From Pyrinomonadaceae bacterium (lineage in GTDB: Bacteria > Acidobacteriota > Blastocatellia > Pyrinomonadales > Pyrinomonadaceae): a DNA stretch of 64,000 nucleotides. Shown here one piece after another: positions 56,501 through 63,474 of the stretch. The position numbers and the translations under genes are program-made. The stretch covers positions 3,938 to 67,937 of the forward strand of contig JAVEEA010000072.1 in the NCBI GenBank assembly GCA_030840675.1. Direction: 5' to 3'. The notes below the pieces were generated by a model. It ran no database searches, had not been told where the DNA came from, and saw only the letters and a program-made list of their open reading frames with translations. Numbering within the stretch: the first letter of the stretch is position 1; each line of letters opens with the position of its first letter.

Positions 56501-57370
56501 TTCGAGCGCATCCTCGCCCGTGGCGTCAGTGGCGAAACGGTTGGTCTGATTACTAGTTTGCACGGCCGCGCCGGCGTCGGTGTGCTCGATCGGATGTCTG
56601 CTGACGGCTTTACCGACGGCGATATTCTGCGGCTTGTCGACGACGCTGACCGGCTGGGCCAGTTGGACGCTCTCAGCGATCTGACTGCGCGCGGGATAGC
56701 CCAGAGGCTGCTGCGCAATGGCTTCGACTCGACCGAGCTGATTCTCTTGCTACAGGAGTTGCATCAGGCGGGCATCCAGACAATCGACGGACTGATGCGA
56801 GCCGGTGTACAAAAGGCCCCGGCCATCGAAGCCGCGCGACTGGCAAGACAAATTGGTGCGGTCGAAGAAGTGACCCAACTGGCAACGAGTGGTAATCTTG
56901 AGAATCCGCTGGGCCTGCGAAACTTCCTGAGAGAAGTGGCTGCTGAACTAGAAGTTGGTAATCAAGGCAAACTCACCCAGTTGCGTGAAGCTGCGCAGAG
57001 ATCTTCGGGTGGCCCAGTGGCAATCGAGAGATCAGCACGGGGCCAGGCTGATATTATCGACTTCGGTCGGCAAGAAGCGCTGCAGATGAAAGTGGTGAGC
57101 AGCCCCGAGCCTGCTCAGGTTGGCGTAAGGGTTAACGAGGCTGCGAGCCAGCTTCGTGGCGAGAGAGGTGAGGTTCCGCCGGCCGGGTTTAAGACGATCG
57201 CCGATATCCGCATCACGAACCCCGACAATCCGATGTTTCCGCTTAACCGTGCGCAGTTACTACTGCAGTTAAGAAATAATGGCGTGACGCAGGCATCGCT
57301 GGCAGGCGTCGGCGAAGTGCATGTCACCAATGGGAGCGGCACACACGTCTACACTCCTAACGAGTTTTAA
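53531..57370 (+). CDS. 1279-aa coiled-coil/TM protein sharing the cargo N-terminal leader motif; putative cargo/effector 3
   Basis: The LQSAFGNAAIAQSL leader resembles those of the DUF4157 proteins. Order: Pro/Ser/Ala-rich region, about 450 aa of Ala/Gln/Glu-rich helical region, two to three TM helices (aa ~790-880), then a ~370-aa C-terminal globular region. Confidence 0.75.
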   Translation: MSLSFDKQTLAEQEDLAASLRPAAAALTTATPAHSTDPSARQTSSSATANGPAASSFQSTPNLQSAFGNAAIAQSLSQQSSANEPGSHVGGPASFENARQQFGYGNGAVARANLSVGTGLQSHPATSGNPVASAASSASPQPSLTGLPAINNAGALAPDVRSVPQVPQTEVGPPTPGTGNQLPSATGVGPVASPNSEGPVSPETPPRPAGAQTSAPATVGPPAEQTTSDRSAKEPSERAASSVAETGASPSGPENSVKGDGPGLNSEQAVETAGASGDNAGTSLTALDVPETPEVDTQPAIDTELVANAAPNLQTAIAQVRSTIAQKKTQIRTAAAAAKDALHTQAATKRQEVSNAASELVQRARTDVAQSRSQVSSIIGEQRAVVSRTLAVQKETTHQGVTRESQRLGTEAAKLSVSVMSVARDRTSAAAALGVAQSTRARTEVARQSAEARRRGANKAHSIRDEDPERAQTQQFAVLQVAEEQAQQITTTGPEIEQFALDRAGEIATSFSAQAIQVATGINSAVPEVQASVLSLSNHADGHMDRLAQTTLGSLAGLEQRLMRQLDELEAASLLQARGLAREILPQIDAAEQAGVAQLASLTQRALAALDDSAGDTIAELTAADTPGEAQVGTRQEEIAQQTLTHFQTLTHYLDTQILEIAAHANDGFTQIQAQLNGALTATQEAARSGVNSLVQQLNQGFELARNEVVGKATGIVDQSLAKFGEPVNKAIAEFQSTYAKGERDVIAGVTDSLLSNDRALDEMGTHCKLTEAADRAREEYDRPTWQKVLIAVGKAVLYLAAALLFTFVVAVVIFVGAIILGITGVTFAIAFAIAVVLVAIGFVIYEFVQRLIAYKAEHGAIDSFWEALGVSAALLLISVASLTGIPQIIEGLRGKRFFSDIPLTSQERYDLVIGGVLQLVLIVVARSFRGRGGRTGRAGPVEEPLPVRPPIEEEPPVVLVDPWAVLARRFGLSAEVIEILRTSGIDVTVFERILARGVSGETVGLITSLHGRAGVGVLDRMSADGFTDGDILRLVDDADRLGQLDALSDLTARGIAQRLLRNGFDSTELILLLQELHQAGIQTIDGLMRAGVQKAPAIEAARLARQIGAVEEVTQLATSGNLENPLGLRNFLREVAAELEVGNQGKLTQLREAAQRSSGGPVAIERSARGQADIIDFGRQEALQMKVVSSPEPAQVGVRVNEAASQLRGERGEVPPAGFKTIADIRITNPDNPMFPLNRAQLLLQLRNNGVTQASLAGVGEVHVTNGSGTHVYTPNEF

Positions 57371-58179
57371 TGGAAGACAGGATGAGAAATCTTTGGGTTA
57401 CGCGCGATGATCCAATCGCTGGTTGGGTTGCGGACCTGACTCCGTTACAACCTGAGCCGCAGGTTTTGCTGGACTGGTTGCAAAAGGTGTTGGCGGAAGG
57501 CGAGCGCTGTGAAGTATTCAAGGTTCGCGCCGCCCCTCTGGCTGATTATGTTTGGGCCAAAGATGGTCCACTAGCCTCTTATCTCAGACAGAGTTTTGCT
57601 GACACCGGAGTGGTGGACCTGTTCCATTTTTCTACTTCCCAGCTGAAGGTAATGGGAGACTCGCAGTTTCAGGCCTTAGCGCGCATGGCTTACTTTGACG
57701 CTGAGGGTCGACTGGCTGAAGCGGATGTCGCTGATCTGGGGTTGCTGCTGCGCAGCGTTCGTCCAGCCGATTTCGAAGTTAACTGGGGCCTATTCCATCG
57801 CTGCTTCCCGCTGCTGATCACGGGTCCAAAGGTAGTTTTAGGAAACCTGCAACCAGCGATCGCAGCGGATAAGCCGGAGGCCATCCGAGTCCGGTTTCGG
57901 ATCTTCTCTGACATTTGGTTTCCCTGGGTGCTTGGTTTTCTGGAGGACTCGTTTGACGTCAACCGCATGTATGACAATCGCCTTCTTTCCGAACGACACA
58001 CGCCGCGTTTGAACCGCTTTCTTTCGTTCGTCAGTGACCTCACCAAAGCGCTCGGGGGAACCTGGCAACTCGATAAGGAGGAATCGAACACAGTCTCGGC
58101 CTTCATGCTGGCGGACGAAGGCATACGTTTCGACGTGGAACCTCCTGCCGTATGGCCCATTGACCAAGACTCCCGCTGA
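57370..58179 (+). CDS. hypothetical protein, candidate immunity/accessory partner of the 1279-aa protein
   Basis: The ATG shares one nucleotide with the upstream TAA (TAATG). 269 aa, cytoplasmic-looking, no motif recognised. Confidence 0.6.
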   Translation: MEDRMRNLWVTRDDPIAGWVADLTPLQPEPQVLLDWLQKVLAEGERCEVFKVRAAPLADYVWAKDGPLASYLRQSFADTGVVDLFHFSTSQLKVMGDSQFQALARMAYFDAEGRLAEADVADLGLLLRSVRPADFEVNWGLFHRCFPLLITGPKVVLGNLQPAIAADKPEAIRVRFRIFSDIWFPWVLGFLEDSFDVNRMYDNRLLSERHTPRLNRFLSFVSDLTKALGGTWQLDKEESNTVSAFMLADEGIRFDVEPPAVWPIDQDSR

Positions 58180-58233
58180 TCAAATTTCAGCAGCGCGGAT
58201 GACGCTTCGTCGCGCATGGCATCAGCCACGCAG

Positions 58234-59316
58234 TTAGACGTTAACCTTTCTGTTGTGCTTCGTCGTCGTGCCCGCGTTCGTTGCCGGATTAGTGGCGGAA
58301 ACTTCGTTGCCGTCGTTACCGGAAAAAGAGTCGCCTTCCTCAGGCAGTTCCGCGGGCCTGATCCCATACTTGCGCATCAACTCAAAAAACGCGCGCCGAG
58401 GTTTGCCGCTGGCACGGGCGGCGTGGGCGATGTTGCCATTGTTTTGCCGCAGTACCTCCTGCAGGTATTCACGTTCAAAGCGACTTACCAGTTCGCGCTT
58501 TGCTTCCTTGAGCGGCCGCTCACTCACAAACACGGTAACCGGTGCCGCTTGCTTTTCCGGTTCTTCAACCAGCAAAGGCAGATCCTGAGGTTGTGCCGGC
58601 TCTTCCAGGCGCAGGCAGGTCAGGTATTGCATGCAATTCTTGAGTTCGCGAATGTTACCCGGCCAGTTGTAGCTGCACAGCAACTGCATCGCGCTTTCAC
58701 TGAAGCGGAGTTTTGGCAGACGATACATGCGCGCGTAGGAGTCGACATAGTTCGACATCAAGAGCGGAATGTCGTCACGACGCTCGCGCAAGGGAGGTAC
58801 TTCGATCGGTACTACGCGCAGCCGGAAAAACAGATCTTCACGGAAACGTCCTTCGCGCATTGCGGCGCTCAAGTCCGCGTTGCTGGCGGCAATGAAGCGA
58901 ACATTGGAACGCCTGATTCGCGTTTCACCCAGGCGGCGATACTCCCCGTCCTCGAGATATCGCAGCAGCTTCACCTGACTGGCCAACGACAGGGAATCGA
59001 TCTCGTCAAGGAACAGGGTCCCGCGTTCGGCTTCCGCTACCAGCCCTTCGCTCTGCGGCCGGGCTCCGGTGAAGGCGCCCCCGACGTGTCCGAAAAATTC
59101 ATTCTCAAACAACTCAGTGGGCAGGGCGCCGCAGTTCACCGGTACAAAAGCCGCGTGTCGTCGTTCACTGCGTCCGTGAATAAAGCGCGCGTAAAGTTCT
59201 TTACCCACTCCGCTTGGTCCGCTGATCAGAACTTCCACATCGGTGGGTGCAATCTTCAAAATCGTTGCGATCAACTTGCGGTGGGCCAAGCTGCGACCAA
59301 TTAATGAGACAGTCAT
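58234..59316 (-). CDS. sigma-54-dependent transcriptional activator (bEBP) lacking an N-terminal sensory/receiver domain
   Basis: The AAA+ sigma-54 interaction domain starts at residue ~10: Walker A GPSGVGKE, GAFTGA loop (GHVGGAFTGA), Walker B TLFLDEID, FREDLFFRL and NWPGNIRELKN. A C-terminal Fis-type HTH is present (NNGNIAHAARASGKPRRAFFELMRKYGI). Confidence 0.9.
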   Translation of the reverse strand: MTVSLIGRSLAHRKLIATILKIAPTDVEVLISGPSGVGKELYARFIHGRSERRHAAFVPVNCGALPTELFENEFFGHVGGAFTGARPQSEGLVAEAERGTLFLDEIDSLSLASQVKLLRYLEDGEYRRLGETRIRRSNVRFIAASNADLSAAMREGRFREDLFFRLRVVPIEVPPLRERRDDIPLLMSNYVDSYARMYRLPKLRFSESAMQLLCSYNWPGNIRELKNCMQYLTCLRLEEPAQPQDLPLLVEEPEKQAAPVTVFVSERPLKEAKRELVSRFEREYLQEVLRQNNGNIAHAARASGKPRRAFFELMRKYGIRPAELPEEGDSFSGNDGNEVSATNPATNAGTTTKHNRKVNV

Positions 59317-59756
59317 ACGATTGATCCTTTCGTAAAGATCAATTAGCGGAGATACGACCTGGGCGAGGCTCGCACGTGAAGCCAGTAGGCAGCGGCCCGA
59401 CCGTTAGCGAAAGCTCTTGTCAGTACCGCCTGTCTGCGGTCGGGGAGACGACTGGGCCAAAAAATCCGTAACAACAAACGCACTGGACGTTCAGCATTTA
59501 GACGCCGGCGATTAGGGGAATCATGCCGGATCTTGTTGGGGAGCAGCCTGCGGATTTGCTGTCGAGATTCATGGAGGACTCGTGCACTGCCTTGCCGGTG
59601 TCAATCAAGGTGCCGTGGTTGAAACAACTCAGTGGCCGCCCGGTTGTTGTGAAAGGGACAGTATGATTAAGGTTTACTGTCCAATAACCCTGGTCATTGT
59701 TAGCGCAGCTTCATCCGCGAAGTAAGACGCGGATGGGCCACGTCACTGTCAACGCC

Positions 59757-60131
59757 TCAACTCCTCTGCGAGATCATGATGCGAGTAAAACGGCGGCACG
59801 GAATAGCGAGCATGCGAGGAAACAGCTCGTGAGAAGTTAGCGCATTGAGAAACAGCGGTCGGACAATATTCCAAGCGCGAAGAAAAGTCAACATTTCCTG
59901 AGCGCGGTGTGCTCCGTCCAGGGTGTTGCCAAAAGGATCACAGGAAATGAGGTCATTACCGTAGGTCAGCGGGGGGGTGTGCTTAGCCAAATAGCCAGGG
60001 CCGCCCGACCAATTGCTGCTTGGGTTGCCATCTCGCCCAGATGAGATTCGCACCACGATGATCGCGACCACAAGAATCGCTACCTTGGCTGAGATTTCAA
60101 GAAAGCGGCGGGCCTTAGCTGATATTCTCAT
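59757..60131 (-). CDS. small hypothetical membrane-anchored protein (124 aa)
   Basis: N-terminal TM helix (VAILVVAIIVV), 22 nt downstream of 60154..61998 on the same strand. It contains the segment duplicated at 62518-62644. Confidence 0.35.
   Translation of the reverse strand: MRISAKARRFLEISAKVAILVVAIIVVRISSGRDGNPSSNWSGGPGYLAKHTPPLTYGNDLISCDPFGNTLDGAHRAQEMLTFLRAWNIVRPLFLNALTSHELFPRMLAIPCRRFTRIMISQRS
59895..60005. repeat. ~110-bp segment duplicated at 62518-62644 (copy 1, inside ORF 59757..60131)
   Basis: Shared blocks are ttcctgagcgc, gtgctccgtc.agggtg, aaaggatcacaggaaatgaggtca and gtgtgcttagccaaatagccagggccgcc. Confidence 0.8.
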
Positions 60132-60153
60132 TCTGGTTAGTCAAGGTATTAGG

Positions 60154-61998
60154 TCAGTTCTTGGCGGAAGGCTTCGGACTTGCCTTCTTGCTCTTGGGTT
60201 TCGATTCCTGGGCAAGGATGGAGCTCGCAAACTGAAGTTTTAGGCGAATCCGCAACGCCGGTTCGCGAAATTCGTCGGCCAAATATTGTGAGCGAAACCA
60301 ATCAGTTGTGCCGAGAAGCGACAGCGATGGATCAAGCTGAAGCTCAGCTAGGCTTTCGGGGAAGACCCCAAGCTTTGTGTGTGCATCCCCAATTGCGGCG
60401 TCGAGTCCAAACGCGACCGCTGGCTTGGTTGGCGGGTTGACCTTAGAAGCTGAGGAGTTGGCGTACCTCGACGCGGTCGACAGTGTATCGAACGCCCGTT
60501 GGGGATCACTCTTCGCGAGCATGGCACTGGCAATCAGCGCCAATTCCACCTTGTGCGGGCTCGGGGGTGCCTTATCCAACGCTTTTAGTGCGTTGCTGAT
60601 CAACTCAAAACCAAGAACCCGATCGCCCTTCGCGGCAACAGTTGACAAAGCAAGCAACGCCCACGCCCGTGTCTCTTCTGAAGAGATCGAACCAGCGAGC
60701 TCTTGAGCTTCGATAAACTTCTCCTGTTTCACGAGCGCGTCCAAGCGAGTTATCGTTAAGAGATCTGTGAAGGCCGATTTGACATCAGGATCGCTGAAAC
60801 CGCTGATAGCGTCCGAGGCCGTCTCACGATTCTTCTGAAAGTCCACAGAATCGTCTCGTAAGAGTTCAGAGGTGAGACGAACGAGACGAAGATCGCGCTT
60901 CTGCGGATTTGCGTCACTCAAGATGTCATGCAACCGGTCCCGCGGGTCTGAGAGCTTCTCCGGCTCGAAAGCCTGTAGCCTCGACCTTGTTGCTTCTGGA
61001 ACCAACGGCCCCAATTGTTTCATCACCGAATCAAACACGGGAACCTGTGCCGGCGCATGCTGGAAAAGCGCGGGCCTGACATTCATAGAGAACATCGTGA
61101 ATGCTAGATTTATGTAAGAAGAGTTCAGCCCGCCGTTAGCGCTGGCATCTCTAAGGAGTTGAGACCATGACTGAAGCGAGCCCATGAAGAAGCTAATAAA
61201 TGCGGCCCTCGCTTCAGGTGGCATGTCCTTGTCGGATTGCAGGAGGGCGCTGGAAAAACTCAGGCTAAGAGGATCGAGCGTTACATTCGCTGCCAAGGTC
61301 TCACCGATACCCATTTCAAGCTTGTTAAGAAACGCGCGGTCTCCCTTCTGAATCAGCTTTTGAACAATATCGAACAAAAGGCCGGAGACCGTCCCTCCCT
61401 GAAGGCTCTGGACGACAAGCGTCAACGCCTTATCAGGTTCAGTGTCGACCGTCGAGAGCGCGATTTTTGCGGCTTGGTCAGCAGTTGTTCGCCGATTACT
61501 GAACTGGGCAAACCATGCATCAGTTTTGAGCGAAGCTGCACCCGCGTTAGTCGCCGTCGATTCCACCTCCGCTTGAAACTCCTTCTGTAGAGCGGTTGCG
61601 TTTTCTGGATCAATCCGCACATAGAGGGCTAAGACCTCATTGCGCAATCCCGCCGCCCTATGTCGTTGATACCAACTCGCATTGTCTTCGGAAGCCCACT
61701 GCTTAAGATCGCCCACCGCAACATCAAGAAGGTGCATTGTCTCGTCGCGACGAAAGGGTGCCAAAATCTTGGCCGCAGAAAGCAAAAGTCCGACTCGCTG
61801 CGGTATGTTAGGCAGTTTGGAAGCCTCCCTTGCTGAGTTCGAAATCGACGTGAGCGCAAGAGAGTGGTAATCGTACTCTGCGGTTGCTAACCTGGTTTGG
61901 GCATCACATTCCGGCAGCTTGCCGAAAAAACCGCACGAAGTCAGAACGACCACGAATGCAACTAGCCTAGCGATTTCTGATGTCTGATTTTTCTTCAC
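60154..61998 (-). CDS. exported (probably lipoprotein) alpha-helical repeat protein (paralogue family A)
   Basis: GTG start. Lipobox-like VVLTSCG. The C-terminal half is alignable to 7800..9719, and the extreme C-terminus (RIRLKLQFASSIL...KPKSKK) to 63475..64000. Confidence 0.7.
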   Translation of the reverse strand: MKKNQTSEIARLVAFVVVLTSCGFFGKLPECDAQTRLATAEYDYHSLALTSISNSAREASKLPNIPQRVGLLLSAAKILAPFRRDETMHLLDVAVGDLKQWASEDNASWYQRHRAAGLRNEVLALYVRIDPENATALQKEFQAEVESTATNAGAASLKTDAWFAQFSNRRTTADQAAKIALSTVDTEPDKALTLVVQSLQGGTVSGLLFDIVQKLIQKGDRAFLNKLEMGIGETLAANVTLDPLSLSFSSALLQSDKDMPPEARAAFISFFMGSLQSWSQLLRDASANGGLNSSYINLAFTMFSMNVRPALFQHAPAQVPVFDSVMKQLGPLVPEATRSRLQAFEPEKLSDPRDRLHDILSDANPQKRDLRLVRLTSELLRDDSVDFQKNRETASDAISGFSDPDVKSAFTDLLTITRLDALVKQEKFIEAQELAGSISSEETRAWALLALSTVAAKGDRVLGFELISNALKALDKAPPSPHKVELALIASAMLAKSDPQRAFDTLSTASRYANSSASKVNPPTKPAVAFGLDAAIGDAHTKLGVFPESLAELQLDPSLSLLGTTDWFRSQYLADEFREPALRIRLKLQFASSILAQESKPKSKKASPKPSAKN

Positions 61999-62138
61999 TG
62001 TTTTTCATCCTAGAGACCGATGGAGGCACCCTGAATAGCGGCAGCCGTTCAACATACCCCCAAGCCGGCCTCAGAGAGATTTTCAGCGACGGCAGAGCGT
62101 CGGCGTCGCTGGCGCCCGCCGGTGGACGCCTACTAGCC

Positions 62139-62154
62139 TGCTTACTCAGTGCCC
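62139..62154 (-). promoter_or_regulatory. candidate sigma-54 (-24/-12) promoter upstream of 60154..61998
   Basis: The minus strand reads GGGCACTGAGTAAGCA, i.e. GGCAC-N6-AAGCA with exact GG/GC spacing. It lies about 140 nt upstream of the GTG at 61998. Confidence 0.2.
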
Positions 62155-62352
62155 TTGGCACCCGTTCAAGCAGGTCGTTAGTTTGTCGGAACAATACTGC
62201 TGGTTAGGAGGGTTGGCTCCCATGCAATACTCGTAGCCTCGATAACAGCCGTCTTGACACTGGCTAGCGTGACTAACCGGAGAAACCAGATTTGTAAAGG
62301 TGGCGATGCCAATCAACAGGACGAGCACCAAGAGTCGTAAAGTAAGACGCAT
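62146..62352 (-). CDS. small secreted Cys-rich peptide (68 aa precursor)
   Basis: Start reset to MRLTLRLLVLVLLIGIATFTNLVSPVSHA (GGAAAGGA RBS). The mature ~39 aa, SQCQDGCYRGYEYCMGANPPNQQYCSDKLTTCLNGCQGH, contains 6 Cys. Confidence 0.55.
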   Translation of the reverse strand: MRLTLRLLVLVLLIGIATFTNLVSPVSHASQCQDGCYRGYEYCMGANPPNQQYCSDKLTTCLNGCQGH

Positions 62353-62517
62353 GGAATGATCCTTTCCGTTGGAGGCCGCGTTAGTAGCCGGGAACACGGG
62401 AAGTGTTGAGGTTGACGTCTTGATTTTCCGAAGACAAATGAAATGTCTCGAACTGAGTTTAGTGATGCCCGAAATCTACTCCCTCTAGATACCACTGTCA
62501 ATATTTTTAGCGTTGGG

Positions 62518-62644
62518 TTCCTGAGCGCATTCCCTGATCTGCCTAGTGCTCCGTCAGGGCGCTGCCACAAAGGATCACAGGAAATGAGGTCAATACCGCC
62601 TTCGTCAGCGGGTGGGTGTGCTTAGCCAAATAGCCAGGGCCGCC
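62518..62644. pseudogene. degenerate duplicate of part of ORF 59757..60131 (copy 2)
   Basis: Same blocks as 59895-60005, interrupted by a 17-nt insertion and a 2-nt indel. These break the frame (GGPGYLAKHT.PLT is conserved, then frameshift and stop). Confidence 0.5.
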
Positions 62645-62757
62645 AGCGTTCCTCGCGCCCGGGCGGGAGCCGCGGTTTGTTATTTTCTTGGTCACGTATT
62701 GGTCATACTGAGAGCGCCCCAAAACCAAGCCTTCTTTTACTTCCAAACATTCAACCT

Positions 62758-63465
62758 TCAGTGGCTGTTGGAATTTGATCTCTTTGACAAGGCAGCAACT
62801 GTGTCGATTATGACATTGGTATCATCAACGATCTGCTTCGCCATTCTGATCCGAAATGCCTGGTCCTCGTTCGCTCCCGGCCAAGTACGAATGATGACTC
62901 CACTCTTGTCGAGTAAAAGATGCGAGGGCGCTACCATGGTGGACAGTGATGTGAGCGGTTGTTCTTTATTTGCCCACATGTATGTCGGAACGCCGATACC
63001 TAGCGAATCGCAATACTGGAAGAAGGCTTGAGAATTCTCCAATGGGACGAAAGATACAACGTAGTACGGAATACCCAAGAGCGCGACCTTGTCACGTACG
63101 TGACTCATTTCATCGGTTGCCACTTCGCACATCTTGCAGGCTGGATTGACCGACACCACCATAAGGAACTGTGTTTTCCCGGAGCCGGGGTGGGAAGCAT
63201 TGTCCTTACCTCTCAACTGAGTCAAATCGATCTTTTCTCCAAAGGATGGACCTTTCCACTTGCTGTCCTCGCTCCGGAGCTTATCGAAGGCAAACCCATC
63301 TCTGAAAAATATGCTGGGTCGTTGCGGCGCTTGTTGAACCGTCTGTTCCGGTTTCTGCCTGGGCGAAATAAGCGCCCGCGATAAAAACGCCGCATCCGCA
63401 AAGCCGAAAACACACGCCACGAATATGACTACTGATCGTAGCCGTTGCGAGTGGATCATAAACAT
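62758..63465 (-). CDS. TlpA-like/redoxin-family thiol-disulfide oxidoreductase, membrane-anchored
   Basis: N-terminal TM anchor. Thioredoxin-fold pattern with CxxC (VSVNPACKMCEV) and a C-terminal LLLDKSGVI motif. Confidence 0.7.
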   Translation of the reverse strand: MFMIHSQRLRSVVIFVACVFGFADAAFLSRALISPRQKPEQTVQQAPQRPSIFFRDGFAFDKLRSEDSKWKGPSFGEKIDLTQLRGKDNASHPGSGKTQFLMVVSVNPACKMCEVATDEMSHVRDKVALLGIPYYVVSFVPLENSQAFFQYCDSLGIGVPTYMWANKEQPLTSLSTMVAPSHLLLDKSGVIIRTWPGANEDQAFRIRMAKQIVDDTNVIIDTVAALSKRSNSNSH

Positions 63466-63474
63466 TTTGGCTCC

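Noticed and set aside
58216-59304. 362-aa plus-strand ORF
   Set aside because: It is the exact antisense of the sigma-54 activator, whose Walker A, GAFTGA and HTH motifs are unambiguous. The product has low-complexity composition.
59523-59663. 46-codon ORF (MPDLVGEQPADLLSRFMEDSCTALPV...) upstream of the activator gene
   Set aside because: It has no RBS, no recognisable motif or TM segment, and nothing distinguishes it from chance.
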